The translations under genes were made by a program, and so were the position numbers. From Eledone cirrhosa (Eukaryota), in assembly GCA_964016885.1 (NCBI GenBank), contig OZ024742.1, forward strand, positions 297,166,001 through 297,230,000: a DNA stretch of 64,000 nucleotides, given 5' to 3'. Positions 38,001 to 52,088 of this stretch are shown in pieces. The notes under the pieces were generated by a model. That model saw nothing but the letters and a program-made list of their open reading frames with translations, made no database searches and was not told where the DNA came from. Each line of letters starts with the position of its first letter. Position 1 is the stretch's first letter.

Positions 38001-38805
38001 ACCTGGGAAGCACTGTCAATCGATACAACAACCTTGATAATGAAATCCCACTCAGGATTAGGAAAGCAAGTGATGCTTTCGGAAAGCTAGAAAGGCGACT
38101 CTGGGGTCGGCGAGACATATGCAGGAGGACAAAGGTAAAGGTGTACAGGGCATGTGTACTCTCTTGTCTTCTTTATGCCTGCGAGACCTGGGTCACATAT
38201 CGACGCCACCTTAAGCAATTGGAGCGTTTCCATCAGATGTGTCTCAGACGGATCCATGGCGTTCACTGGAGGGACCACATCAGTGATGTCGAGATTTTGG
38301 AAAGCTCTCTGTGTGACAGTATAGAAGCTCTTGTGCTGAAGCAACGACTCCGTTGGAGTGGTCACCTTGCCAGGATGAAGGATTCTAGGATACCAAAACA
38401 ACTCTTTTATGGAGAGTTAGTTAAAGGAAAACGACCGCCACATAAACCAAAAAGGATTCCTTGAAAGCCTCTTTGAAAGACATTAACATCTCTGCTGATA
38501 CATGGGGAAATGTTGCTGCTGATCGTAATAAATGGAGAAAGACTGTATATGAGGTGAAAGTTGCCTTTGAGGCATCTCGAATCGCACACGAGAAAGTAAA
38601 GCGGGACGTGAGGAAGGGCATTGCTGTTGCATTTGCAGACGGCGAGGGTCCTCCTATGGTGCTGACATGCAGCGTCTGTGCGAGACTCTGCCTAAGAAAG
38701 CTGGACTCGAAAGTCATCTTCGCAGTCATAAAGTAAGACCAGTGGTTGACTACTAGGCTGCTGTTGGAGATGCTACTCATCATGCTTTCGAAGCATGTGG
38801 TAGAG
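35040..38805 (+). mobile_element. Near full-length RTE (BovB-like) LINE, disrupted
   Basis: LGCWNVRTLLD...ERRTALVAKELRRYDLDIVALSETR, LGDFNARVG, YRGISLLS, LPESQSGFR, LLYADDC, RLRWSGHL and a C-terminal CxxC...HxxxH finger remnant; in-frame stops and frameshifts. Confidence 0.95.
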
Positions 38806-39699
38806 AATGTAAATCAGCAGGAGGGTTCAAACGACATGCAAAATACATGAACTCCAACCACAGCCAGCTATTATCAGTGAATGTTTTGGTTGTCAACTCT
38901 GTGCAAGACATTTTAGATCATTGGCTGGGCTAAAAAGCCACATTCGATCGCAGCGCTATTAATTGCTATCGTGCGTGTGTGTGTACATATGTTTATGTGT
39001 GTGCGTGTGTGTGTATATATATATATATATATGTGTATATTATTATTGTTGTTGTTGTTGTCGTTATTATTATTGTTGTTATTATTATTATTGTTATTAT
39101 TAAGGGGTTTTTTCTCGTGCAATGGCCATACTCGATAACGAGGGGGCAGCCATCAAATGTATATATAGATATATATATACATTCAACACCAACACCACCA
39201 TCACTGGCACCATCCACCTCCACCACCATCACCATCACTGACCCTATCCACCACCACCACCACCATCACCGTCGCTGACACTATCCACAATCACCACAAT
39301 CACCACCATCACCAGCGATCAGGCCTTAAAAACAACTATAATAATAATTGTTTCTACTTTAGGCACAAGGCCAGCAATTACCAGTGCATTACTGGTACTT
39401 TATTTTATCGATCCCGTAAGGATGAAAGGCAAAGTCAACCTCGGCGGGATTTAATAATACTAAATAACTATTCTGTTCTTGGCACGGGGCAGCGATTGTC
39501 CCAGCGCATTGCTGGTGCCTTGTTTTGGGGGGCCCGGAGAGTGGAGAGCCGTTGCTCTTTGCTGTAAAGCAAACAATTATTATTATTGTTATATAATAAC
39601 TGATCTGGACTGGAAAAGTCGACAGTTGACATGATTTTGATTTTGTATCAGTACTGACGGTAATATATATATATATATATATGTATGTGTTTTTGTGAG

Positions 39700-39895
39700 T
39701 GGTGTGAGTGTTTGTATGCATGAATGTTGGTGTGTGAGTGACGTGTGTGTTTGTAGTTTGTATGCATGAATGTTGGTGTGTGAGTGACGTGTGTGTTTGT
39801 AGTTTGTATGCATGAATGTTGGTGTGTGAGTGACGTGTGTGTTTGTAGTTTGTATGCATGAGTGTTGGCGTGTGAGTGAATGTGTGTGTGTGCCG
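39700..39895. repeat. 46-bp minisatellite, ~4 copies
   Basis: gtgtgagtgacgtgtgtgtttgtagtttgtatgcatgaatgttggt repeated. Confidence 0.9.
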
Positions 39896-39949
39896 TGAGT
39901 CAATAAGTGTTTTTGTTTTTGTTTTTTTGTATGACCATGCTGGAAAATG

Positions 39950-42900
39950 AAGGGGTAGAGAGGGCTCTTGAGTCTAGTAAGACATCCTCTCTAGTGCTGG
40001 TTGCACAAATAAAAGCATCCAGTCCATGCTGTAAAGTGGCGCTGGTGTTAGGAAGGGCATCCAACCAGTGTATCAATGCCAAAACGCTTATCAGCACAGC
40101 AACAAGTAAGATAGGAACAACAAAATATGAAGACCTCGCATCTCAGAGTTGCAACACTTAATGTTGGCACTCTCAGAGGTTGATCTGCTGAAATAGCGGA
40201 GATGCTGGAGAGAAGGAATGTGGATGTGTGGTGCGTGCAAGAGGTGAGATGGAGAGGTGCCTCTGCGAGACTAGTCGTAGCCAAACACCTTAGCTACAAG
40301 CTTTTCTGGGTAGGTAAGGATGATGGGTTAGGAGGAGTAGACATTTTCCTGGCTTAGAGATGGATCAATAAGACAATAGAGGTAGTTCGAGTTAGTGATC
40401 GAATAATTAAGCTTAGATTAGTTGTAGGCAGGAGACTACTGACAATCATCTCTGCCTATGCTCCACAAGCAGGACTAGGCAACGAAGAGAAAGACTGCTT
40501 TTACGAGCAACTTTTACAAACAATCGCAATGACAGAGGACGGAGACATCGTTATGCTAGCAGGTGACTTCAATGGTCACGTTGGACAGCTCCAGGATGGT
40601 TACACTGGGGTACATGGTGGGCACGGTTACGGCTCAGGAAATGAAGGAGTGAGACTTCTTGAATTTTGTGATGCAAGTACACTGACTATTTGCAACACTA
40701 ACTTCCAGAAACCTGCCAACCACCTAATAACGTATAAATCTGGCGAGCACATAAGCCAGCTTGACTTCTTAGTAGTTAGGCAGAGGGACAGGCAGATAGT
40801 GTCTAATACCAAGGCATACCCTGGGGAAGAATGTATCCCACAGCATAGGTTAGTCGTTAGTGATATCTCAGTAAGCAAGAGATGGAATAAGACATACAGG
40901 AACGTGTGGAGAAGAAAGGTCTGGAAGCTAAAAGACCTTTCACTAAAATACAAATTTAGGAAAGCCCTTCAAGATGTGTATGACGAAAAAGAAGACGATT
41001 TAGAGACGTATGACATAGACAATAACTGGAATTTCTTACGTGACAACTTACTGCAGGCTACTGATGAAACTTGTGGCTGGAACAGAGCTCCAACCAGACA
41101 GAAAGTGACCTGGTGGTGGAACAGCACGGTAGATAAGGCCATTAGAGACAAAAGACTAGCATGGAAGGCTTGGAAAAAGGGTGGGAGTAGGGAAGGATAT
41201 ACAGCCGCTAAGAGGGAAGCTAGACGTCAGGTGTACTTAGCACGCAGGGAGGCTGAGAGTAGGAGGTTTGCCAATGTTCTGCGACGGGAAGATCAGAGGC
41301 GTGCGGTGTTCCACATTGCAAGGCAGTGTCAATGGAAATCAGGATATTGTTGGAGATAAATGTGTCATGAATGATCAGAAAAAGGAGGCCTGGAAATGTC
41401 ATTATGAGAGACTGATGAATGTGGAGAACGAATGGGAGAGAAAGAGAAATTACCCCCAGTAGATCCGACAGAGGGACCAGCTATTGAGATTGATGAATAT
41501 AGGGTCCAAGAGGCGATTAAGGAAATGAAAAATGGTAAGGCTGCTGGACCATCGGGGATAGTTGCTGAGATGCTGAAGGCATCAAGGGACGTAGGCACTA
41601 AACTGGTTGCTCGCATATTCAATCAGGCTGTATATGGTGGTATCATACTCAAAGACTGGTGCAGTAGTATTCTCATAAATTACTACAAAGGTAAAGAGGA
41701 TGCTCTGGAGAGGAGCAATTATAGGGGTATAAAACAGATGGATCAGGTTATGAAAGTGGCAGAAAGGCTATTAGCATAACTAGTTAGAGAAAGGGTCAAA
41801 CTAGATGAGATGCAGTTTGGTTTTGTGCCTGGGAAGAGTACAACAGATGCCCTCTTCTTGGTGAGACAATTACAAGAGAGGTTCTTAGAGAAAAATAAGA
41901 CACTATACTTAGCCTTTGTTGACCTAGAGAAGGCCTTTGATAGGGTACCCCGATCTGTCATCTGGTGGTCCCTAAGGAAACTAGGTGTTGATGAATGGCT
42001 TGTGAGGATTTTATACAGAGGTACTATCCGTAAAGTCACCGTAGGAATGGAGTTTAGTGAGGAATTTCCAGGTACAAGTAGGAGTACATCAAGGTTCGGT
42101 CCTCAGCCCGCTATTCTTCATTATAGTCCTCCAAGCCATAACAGAGGAGTTTAAGACTGGCTGTCCATGGGAACTTCTCTATGCTGACGATCTGGTTCTT
42201 ATAGCAGAATCAGTAGAGGAGCTAGAGAATAAATGCTGGCTATGGAAACAGCAGTTGGAAGCAAGAGGACTGAGAGTGAACCTAGCTAAGACAAAAGTGT
42301 TGATAAGTAGAGAAGAGGACAAAACTCTGAGACTGTCAGAAAAATGGCCATGTTCGATATGCAGAAAAGGAACTGGCTTAAATTCTATAAAATGTACACA
42401 ATTCAAATCCTGTGTACACAAGATGTAGCGGGATAGCAGGCAAACTAACAGGTAGGGAGAAATACGTATGCAGTAGATGTACAGGGAAATTTGACAGTAA
42501 AAGTCGCAGTGATGGACACATTTTTCAAATGCAGGCGGGTGCTATAGAAGTGGTGGATAGATTCCGGTACCTAGGAGATCAGATTAGCATGGGAGGGGGT
42601 CTTCCGAGGCCATAGTATCTAGAATAAGGACGGGTTGGAAGAAGTTTAGGGAGCTGCTTCCTCTGCTGAGGAAGAAAGGTTTTTCCCTGCGTATGAAAGG
42701 CTGTTTATATGATGCCTGTGTGAGGAGCGCGATGCTGCATGGTAGTGAGACATGGGCAGCAACTGCAGAGGATATCGACGGCTGGAGAGAAATGAGGCAA
42801 GCATGCTCCGTTGGATGTGCAATGTCAACGTGCATGAATGACCCAGCATGAATGTGTTGAGAGAGAAACTGTGTCTGAGAGGGATAGAATGTAGTGTGCG

Positions 42901-43171
42901 AGAGAGGAGACTGAGGTGGTATGGACATGTGATGCGCATGGAGGATGACCGATAGGTGAAGAAGTGCCAGGAAATGCCAGTTGAAGGAAGACGCAGTAGA
43001 GGTAGACCACGAAAAACATGGGCGGAGGTGGTGAGAACAGACCTCAGATCGCTGAAGCTTACGGTGGAGATGACGAAGGACCGTGACAAGTGGAGAGATG
43101 CTGTGCTGAATAAGACCCGTCCCACCCTTGCAAGCAGGGAAAAGCGGACGTAAAATGATGATGATGATGAT
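39950..43171 (+). mobile_element. Near full-length decayed RTE-clade LINE
   Basis: RVATLNVGTL, AGDFNGHVG, FVDLEKAFDRVP, GVHQGSVLSP, LLYADDL and GRPRKTWAEVV, ending in a (GAT)n tail. Confidence 0.95.
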
Positions 43172-43439
43172 ATACAAATATATAAATACATACACTATCA
43201 ATTTAGCAATATATCCATATTTTATTTAACTGGTGAACAAACTGTAAAGGAATGTTTCTCACAAAGCAACTATATGTATATATTGATATATATCATCAAC
43301 ATTTAACACCTGATATATATATATATATTTCTATCTAGCTAACTTGGTCATTTACAATACAAACATAAATATGAGGATATTTGTGTTTATCAAATATATT
43401 GATTTATATTAACCTATATATATATATATATTACTACTA

Positions 43440-46400
43440 CTACTACATTACCTTTCTTCTCGCCCTTACCAGCTCAAAAAAACCCTGCCATTATTACCAC
43501 TACTGCCCTCCTAGCCCTGAATTCTCTTGCCGTTATGTATGGATGAACTGAGGATAAATGGAGCAACCCCGAATTGACAAATAGATGAACATGAATCCGC
43601 GAGTTACCATGCACCCATGCGAAGCTTTAATTCAGAGACAGGAAGCATACACACATCCCCCACAAAAATTTACCCTTTCCCACGAATGTTGGCAAATGCC
43701 CAAAACTCGGAGTTGGAACCATCAATGTAAGCACAATGAAAGGAAGGGCAGGAGAAATCGTAGAGATTCTAGAGCGAAAGGAAATTGATGTATTCTGTGT
43801 GCAAGAGACTAGATGGAGAGGAGGGTCCACTAGGGTCCTTGTAGGCAAAAGTCAGTGCTACAAATTTTTCTGGTGGAAAATGACAATGGGATGGGTGGTG
43901 TAGGTATCCTACTAGCTGACAAATGGGTCAGATAATCTCAGTGAACAGGGTGAATGCAAGAATCATTTAACTCAGACTAGTCCTGAATAAAACAATTACC
44001 ACAATAATATCAGCTTATGCACCCCAATCAGGGTTGCCAGGCGAACTTAAGGATAGGTTTTACGAGTCCTTAATGCACACTACTGCTCCTTCAAATGACA
44101 ATGACTTCCTAATCATTTCAGGAGATTTTAACGGACATGTAGGTAAACACCGTGATGGCTTCTATAGAGTCCCTGGAGGCCAAGTGTTTGGCACAAGAAA
44201 GGAAGAAGGCTTCTAGAATTCTGCCATGCCAATGACATGTCGATATGTAACACAAACTTCAAAAAACACGACAACCTGATCACCTATAGATCAGGGGAGC
44301 ATTCTAGTCAGATAGATTTTATCCTCATCAAAGGACATGACAGATGGATGGTCGTAAACACAAAAGCCTTCCCAGGTGAGGAATGTACCTCCCAACATAA
44401 CTTAGTTGTCAGCGACCTCATTATCAAAACTAGATGAACTTGGAAACAGAAGGCAACCTGGAGAAGAAAGATCCGGAAGCTGAAAGACCCCTCAGCCAGT
44501 AACAGATTTAAAGATATTTTACTCGACACCTATGACAGTAAAGAGGAACAGATAGAGACATTCAATGTAGAAGAGCACTAGGAGTTACTAAAAAATAACT
44601 TACTAAAGGCGACGGATGAGATCTGTGGTTGGAGAAAGACCACAGGCAGGAGGAGAGTGACTGGAACAATAAAGTGGATGAGGCAGTTAAGGCTAAGAGA
44701 CAGGCATGGAAAGAAAGAAAGAACGGACGAAGCAGGGTACGTTACATAGAGACCAGGATGGAAGATAGGCGAGATAAGTATACTTAGCTAGAAGGGAAGC
44801 GGAGGATAGAAAATTCAAGCATGTTTTGCAACATGAGGACCAGAAACAGGAGGTGTTCAAGATTGCGAGGCAGTGTGTCAGAGAGAATTGTGATGTCATT
44901 GGTGAGAAGTGTATCCGGAATGATAAAGGTGAGCTTGCCCTCACAAGTGCCGAGAAGAAAGATGCGTGGAAGAGCCATTATGAAAGATTACTAAATGAGG
45001 AGAATGCATGGGAAGAAGAGACCCTACTCCAAGTAGACCCTATAGAGGGGCCAGCAGTACAAGTCAGCAGCAGCATAGTAAGTAAGGCAATCAAAGATAT
45101 GAAGACAGGGAAGGCAACCGGTCCATCGGGTATAGCTGCCGAGATGCTGAAGGCATCTGGGACGGTAGGTCACACAATAACCATCCATATTGTTAACCAG
45201 GTAATACTAGGTTTCACAACAAAGGATTAGTGCAGCAGCATCATTGTCAATTGCTACAATGGTAAAGGTGATGCACTAGATAGAGGAAACTATAGAGGTA
45301 TAAAGCTGATGGACCAGGTCATGAAAGTAACAGAATGAGTTATAGCACAGTTGATTAGGGACCGGGTGAAACTTGATGAGATGCAATTTGAGTTTGTGAC
45401 AGGGAAAGGCACTACTGATGCCCTCTTCCTTGTGAGGCAGTTACAGGAAAAGTACCTAGCTAAAAGTAAGCCGCTCTACCTGGCATTCGTCGATCTGGAG
45501 AAATCCTTTGACAGAGTCCCTCGAGCTGGTGGGCTCTTAGAAAACTAGGAGTAGATGAATGGCTTGTGAAGGCTGCACAAGCCATGTATAGGGGAGCAGT
45601 CAGCAAAGTTAGGATTAGCAATGACTATAGCGAAGAATTTCTGCATGCAGATGACCTCGCACTTATAGCTGAATCTATGGTAGAACTAGAGAAGAAATTC
45701 CAAACATGGAAGCAGGGACTAGAAAGAAGGGGTCTCAAAGTCAACATGACAAAGACTAAGGTCCTTGTAAGTAGACGAGAAAACAGAACCCAGATCCCCT
45801 CAGGGAAATGGCCTTGCTCAGTATGTAGGAAAGGTGTAGGTAGGAAATCAATCCTCTGCCGCAAATGCAAACAATGAGTACACAAGGGATGTAGTGGAAT
45901 CTCGGGAAGCTTAACTAAGAATGTAGGCTTCACATGTAGTAGCTGCACTGGGACAGCAAGCAGCAAACAGCCACAGGAAACAAGCACCACCAAACTCTGG
46001 GAAGGCTCTGTAGAAACAGTAGACAGCTTCTGCTATCTAATCAGCAGCAGAGGTGGGTGTTCGGAAAGTACAATAACTAGGGTAAGAACGGGATGGAAGA
46101 AGTTCAGGGAGCTACTGCCACTGCTAGTTGCAAAAGGCTTTTCCCTCAAAATGAAAGGCAGACTGTATGATGCATGTATACGAACAGTAATGTTATATGG
46201 TAGTGAGACCTGGGCGCTGTCTGTAGAAGACTTGCGTAGATTAGAAAGAAACGAAGCCTGCATGCTCCAATGGATGTGTAATAGTAATAGACGCGAACGG
46301 CAAATTATAAACGAATTGAGAGAGAGACTGAGCATAAGAGGAATCAAACGCTGTGTGCAGGAGAGGTGGTTGAGTTGGTATGGACATGTGATGCGTATGA

Positions 46401-46894
46401 AGGATGACATCTGCATAAAAAGTTGCAGACCACTAGAAGTTGATGGAAGCCGCGGAGTATGGAGACCCAAGAAGATCTGGGATGAGATGATAAAAGCCGA
46501 CCTTAACCAATTACACCTCTCGAGCAATGACACACGACCATGACCTCTGGCGTCACGCAGTAATACAGAAGACCCCCCCCCCCACGGGTACAAGCCGAAG
46601 CTGAAGCATATAGACAATATGCCCCCACCCCCTCTCACGGCAAAGTGGTCGTGGAGGTGCCACGGCAAAAAAGCACCCACCCCACACTGTAATGTGGGCG
46701 TGTAGGCACCTCGGAAAAAAGCACCCAGCATTCACTTTAAATGAGGTTGGTGTTAGGGAGGGCATCCAGCTGTAGAAATCAAGCCAGAATCAGTTCCTGT
46801 ATGAGCAAGACAAGGTCAGCCAACCGGACAACCTGTCTAACCCATGCTAGCGTGGAAGAACGGACGTAAAACGATGATGTTGATGATGATGTTG

Positions 46895-46895
<1 letters not shown>
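43440..46895 (+). mobile_element. Near full-length decayed RTE-clade LINE with long 3' UTR
   Basis: VGTINVSTMKGR, SGDFNGHVG, FVDLEKSFDRVP, HADDLAL (internal deletion of the GVHQG region) and MLYGSETW; 3' UTR plus (GAT)n. Confidence 0.95.
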
Positions 46896-46933
<38 letters not shown>

Positions 46934-47291
46934 TATACATTATTAGTTACAACAGTGACATATACAGGTACTTAAGTTTCGTTGGCTTATACCCCCTAAC
47001 TCATTCATCCTGTTATCTCCTTATAATATATAACCACCAATTTCTCTGTCTGTCTGACAGCGAAAACACGTGCGCGCGTGCGAATGTTTTTTGCGCACGC
47101 GTAAGGAAAGAGACTACAAGAGGGGGATAGCGGGAGGGAGAGAGGGGGGAATTGAGGAGTGCTACAGAAACATATATACATTTCTGTGTGTGTGTAATAT
47201 ATATATATATACACACACAGAAATATATATACATTTATGTACGTGTAATATATATATATATACACATACAGAAATATATATATATATTTCC

Positions 47292-47325
<34 letters not shown>

Positions 47326-47624
47326 TACACACACAGAAATGTATATATATATACACACAGAAATATATATACATCCCTTAGCTACTGTACTGTATCTGTT
47401 GCTATCTCTTTCTCTCTCCAGCTATCCCTCTCTTATAGTCTGTCTGTTTCTCTCACTCCCACTCTTTCTCTTTGTAACACACTAACATTCCTCCCCTCTA
47501 TCGTTGTGACGAATGGGGAGATGGAGGAGGAGGAGGAGGAGGAGGAGGAGGAGAAGGTCACTTCGTCACTTCACCTCTGCCTTTCTTTCTCTCCCCTCTC
47601 ACTCCCTCATTACGTACAGACATT

Positions 47625-47820
47625 AGGGCGGTGGATTGGCAGAATCTGTAGAGAGTCGGACACCATGCTTCATAGCATGGAGTTACGTCCCTTTACGGTC
47701 TGAGTTCAGATACCGCCGAGGTTAACTTTGCCTTTCATCCTCACGGGGTCGATAAAATAAAGTACCAGTAATGTACTGGGTAATTGCTGGCCTTGTGCCA
47801 AAAGTAGAAACAATTATTAG
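47625..47820 (+). mobile_element. SINE family B, full length
   Basis: Colinear with 16025-16220. Confidence 0.85.
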
Positions 47821-48042
47821 AAACATTGCTTCATTTTTACATATCTAAGCATTAGTAAAATAACTAATAATTTCAAAAGTAATTTTTCAATTCCAATTGT
47901 TATGAACAGCAAAACATTAATAATAATTTTGTTCTAAGAAATATATATATTCATTTCTGTGTGTGTAATATATATATATATATACACACACAGAAATATA
48001 TATATATACACACAGAAATATATATACATTTCTGTGTGTGTA

Positions 48043-48075
<33 letters not shown>

Positions 48076-48624
48076 GAAATATATGGGCATTTCTCTGTTT
48101 GTCTGTCTGTCTGTATGTCCTTCACTAAAACTCAAATGTAGGTGCTACAGAAATATTACGTTCCCCTTCCTTTCTCCACTTTGGTACTACCAAGAGAAAC
48201 ACTGTCGCTATAGAAACATTACCTTCTCCTCTCCACTGACTTTGGTCACTGAGGCCGAGGGAATCGCTGGTTGCTATAGAAACACCTTACACAAGCCAGA
48301 AGTAACCAGTTCGAGGCGGTTCTGACTTGACACCATGTCAAGGACCATTTGAAGATATATTTCCATCGTTATATCATAACGTTTATGTATCATAACGTTT
48401 ATATTTCCGTCACTAATCTCTTTTTCTCCTTTTTCGTTTTAACATATATTTATTTCAAAGATTTCACCGTATAGATAACATATATATTTATACATGCATA
48501 AAAGACACACCGAGAGACGGTGAACATGTGGTGCCGAAAACATTTCTCATCCAAATCTCAACAATATCAGTATATACACTAGATTTGCTAGTAGAAAACC
48601 GCCCACCGGGTGGTTTTCTGCTAG

Positions 48625-49514
48625 TCTATATATATAAAGCTGAGGATGTCTGTGTGTGTGTGACTTTGAATCCCTAAAACTCAAGAACCACCCAACCGAC
48701 TGTTTTCAAACTTTACACATGTAATACTTATGTTTCAGGGAGTGTTCTGAGCAAACAAAATTTCAAATTTTCCATGCCCTAGGGACCGCATTAGGCGATT
48801 TAGCGATCTCTCTCTGTAATTCTTAGTTTTTCTCTTTTTAGATAGATACATACATATAACGTCGCGCCCTTATACTATCTGTCTGTATGTCTGCTGTCTG
48901 CATTACGTCACTTCCCTGAGGACGTCTGTCTGTGTGTGTCTGTGTCTGTGAATTTGAATACCTAAATCTCGAGAAGTACCCAACCGAATTTTTTCAAACT
49001 TTACATGTGTAATATTTATGTTTCAGGGAGTTTTATGCACATAAAAAATTCAACTTAGTTGAAGAACTGCGTTTTTTCAGGTTTTAGGTTTTTTTTTAGT
49101 CGTTACGTTTGAGTCGTTACGTTTCCTTGAAATTGTAACTATGTATTAGTCAGTCTCTTCTTTATACCGTGAGCATAGACAATCCAACTTTTCTATGGCC
49201 TAGGGCCCACATTAGGTGAACAACTTCATTTTTTCAGCTTTTTAGGGCTTTTTTGAGGCATTACGTCTAGCCGGTTTTCCCGAAATTTCAAGGCATATTA
49301 TGCACATAAAAAATCCATTTTCTTGATCCCCTAGGTGAAAACCTGCATTTTTCCTGCTTCATCGAGGAAAATCTTAAAGATTATCCAGCCATCAGAGTAT
49401 TCGATTTATTTTCTTTACATATTATCTACGCATGCAGTTTTTCCACGATTAGGTATGTTGGCGGCCCGCGTTACAAAATACATTATCCCGTGTAACGCCC
49501 GGTACCACTGCTAG
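48625..49514 (+). mobile_element. Non-autonomous Helitron
   Basis: 5' TCTATATATATAAAGCTGAGG, an internal duplicated ~110-bp block, and a 3' GC-rich hairpin-like segment followed by CTAG|T. Confidence 0.75.
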
Positions 49515-49539
49515 TACAAAATAAAAATGGCTACTTCCA

Positions 49540-49900
49540 CAGATTAATCTGAAGGTTTTAGTTCGTATTCTTTTGCCCATTACCCAAAATTCATGACCAT
49601 AGTTAAGGGTTGGCATAAATATCAAATTGAAGATAGCAAATTTGGCTTTTATACCTACCTCCCTTCTTCTGGTGACTGAATGCTGATGTTGGTACATTAC
49701 TTCAGTAGCTACTGCAATTCTTGAAGTTAATTCAGCTCCTACTGCCTTCCATCATCTGTGAACATGGCCCTGAGATACATGAACTTCTCCATCTGCTTCA
49801 GTGGAAATCCATTCACATGTAGTGTACATTGCACAGGCTTTGTTGAGTGGATAAGTGTCTCAGTCTTCGCAGTACTGCTTCTTCATTCCTGATGTGCAGT
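49540..49900 (-). mobile_element. Decayed RTE RT fragment
   Basis: LKQMEKFMYL...RIAVA...KAKFAIFNLIFMPTLNYGHEFWVM. Confidence 0.7.
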
Positions 49901-50019
49901 ACTTGGCAAGTTATGTATTACCATGCTGTTTACAAATTCCACCCAACCGATCCCAGACCTGCCAGTCTTTATACCACTTCCAACATGGCTGTGTATGTCA
50001 TTTCTGTCCATGAAGATTA

Positions 50020-50825
50020 TCAACAGTAGATATGACAGTACATGAGTCATGATATACACATGTGTGCATGTGTATGGAAGGGGGAAATCAGGTGTAGTTT
50101 TGGCGAGTTTCAGGAAGCATGAGAGTTTTAAAGGATGCAGTGTCTCGGCAGCTAACAACTGACGCAAGCAGTTTGTTCCATGCTTCAGCAACTCTAAGCA
50201 TGAACAAATGTTTCCAAAAGTCATGAGAGCTGTGCTGTTTTCTGACTTTGTAGGCATGTCCATGTGTGTTAGACACATGGAGATCAAAAAGGTTCTCAGG
50301 TTTGTTGTTGGCGAGATGATTAATAACTTTGTGGGTGTTTACCAAGTCCATTGCCAGACGTCAGAGCTTCAATGAATCCATGTCCAGGAAAGCTAGGCGT
50401 TCAGCGTATGGTAGGTGTCTGATGGGGGGTATGCGCTTGGTTGCACGTCTCTGAACAGTTTCCAGGAGGTCAATGTTCTGAGCAAGATAGGGGTTCCAGA
50501 CTGATGATGCGAATTCCAAGTGTGGTCGTACCATAGCTGTATACAGCTTTAAATAGATGGCTGGAGAGCAGCTAACAAAGGTCTTGCTGAGTGACGCCAA
50601 GACACCCTCGGCCTTCTTGAAAATTTTAGAGATGTGCTTTGTCCAATGCAAATCGCTGCTGACAGTAATGCCCACAAGAGGACTTCTTGATATCAGTGTT
50701 GTGGAGGGAGTATGTGGACGCTGGATTTTTCCTCCCAAAATGCATGTGGTACACTTGTCCACAGTCAGCTTCAGTTGCCAGTCTGTGATCCATTGCTGCA
50801 TTGTGTTCAGGTCTGATTGTAGGAA
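50020..50825 (-). mobile_element. CR1-clade LINE 3' fragment
   Basis: LQSDLN..QWITDWQL...LYTAMVRPHLEFASSVWNPY...LETVQRRATK...RVAEAWNKL. Confidence 0.9.
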
Positions 50826-52088
50826 AGAGTTATAGATTAAACACATAGTAAAATTGCATTCCTATAGAAAATGTCATCTTGTATTCCATAAAGTACCTCT
50901 TAATATTCTTTGTCAGCAATTTTTACAGCAAAAAAGGGGACATTTTAAATAATACATTTGTATTTTATATTGATTTTTATATTGTGAAGAAAAAGGGAAT
51001 GCGATGGCTGGGTCATGTGTTGAAGAAATATGACTGTGACTGGATGAGAAGAATAGAGCCAGCAATAAATGCTGTGAAGAGAAAGAAAATCGCGGGTCAT
51101 GTTTTGAAGAAGGACAAACATGATTGGAAATGGATGGGAGGAAAGATGGAAATAATTGTGGAAAAATGTAGATGAAGTGGAACACCCAAAATGATATGGT
51201 TAAACATAATGGAGGTGGAAATGAAAACCATGAGATTAGTAAGTGGTTATGCAGGTAATAAAGCAAAATGAAAGTTTGTTAAAGCGTGTGCAAGGCTAAT
51301 ACATATGTTAGTATAGAAGATGACCTAAAAAGGATTGTTGTCACTGTTGTTGAATTCCGAATTATTATATGATTGTTTTCATCTTAAATATATTCCTTTG
51401 AAAATAGAATTCCTCAATTTATATTTGCAAAGCATATTTTATAGTATATGTCTTCATCATTTTTATTTAAATAAGTATTTTAAATGTTTACTAAGTATAT
51501 GTAAGGCTTCACTCACATGAAGATATTAAACTGTATACATAAATACATGATTATGTTCTTTTTATATCAAGTTTCCCAAAGCTTCTGGGTTTCTTGTCAG
51601 AATGAGAAATTTTCCTTGTTGTAAATATTCTGTAATTTTAATCCTTTTCTACTGAACATAAAACACACACCTAGAATTACATGTTAAATATTATAAGACT
51701 AAACTGTAAAATTTAATTCCTATATAAAATTTCCTCTTCTGTTCCATAAACATGTTTCTCAGCAATTTTTACTGAGAGAAAATGTAGGGCATTTTAATTT
51801 AAAATAAAATAAATATCTTACATATGGTTTTTATTCCATCATACTCTCACACGCCTCCACTACCGTTGGTGCCTTAATAAAATGCATCTGGTACATGCTG
51901 TAAATTATTTTGGCATTAGGCAGGGCATCTAAATGTAAAAGCCATTCCAAAAATGGAATGCATGAACAAATATGATCCTCCTGAACCATCTAGTCTCAAA
52001 CTGGGATAAACACTACAACCCATAATAACATGGAAAACAGACATAAAATGATGAGGATGATGATAATATTTTCCATGATGGTATATAT

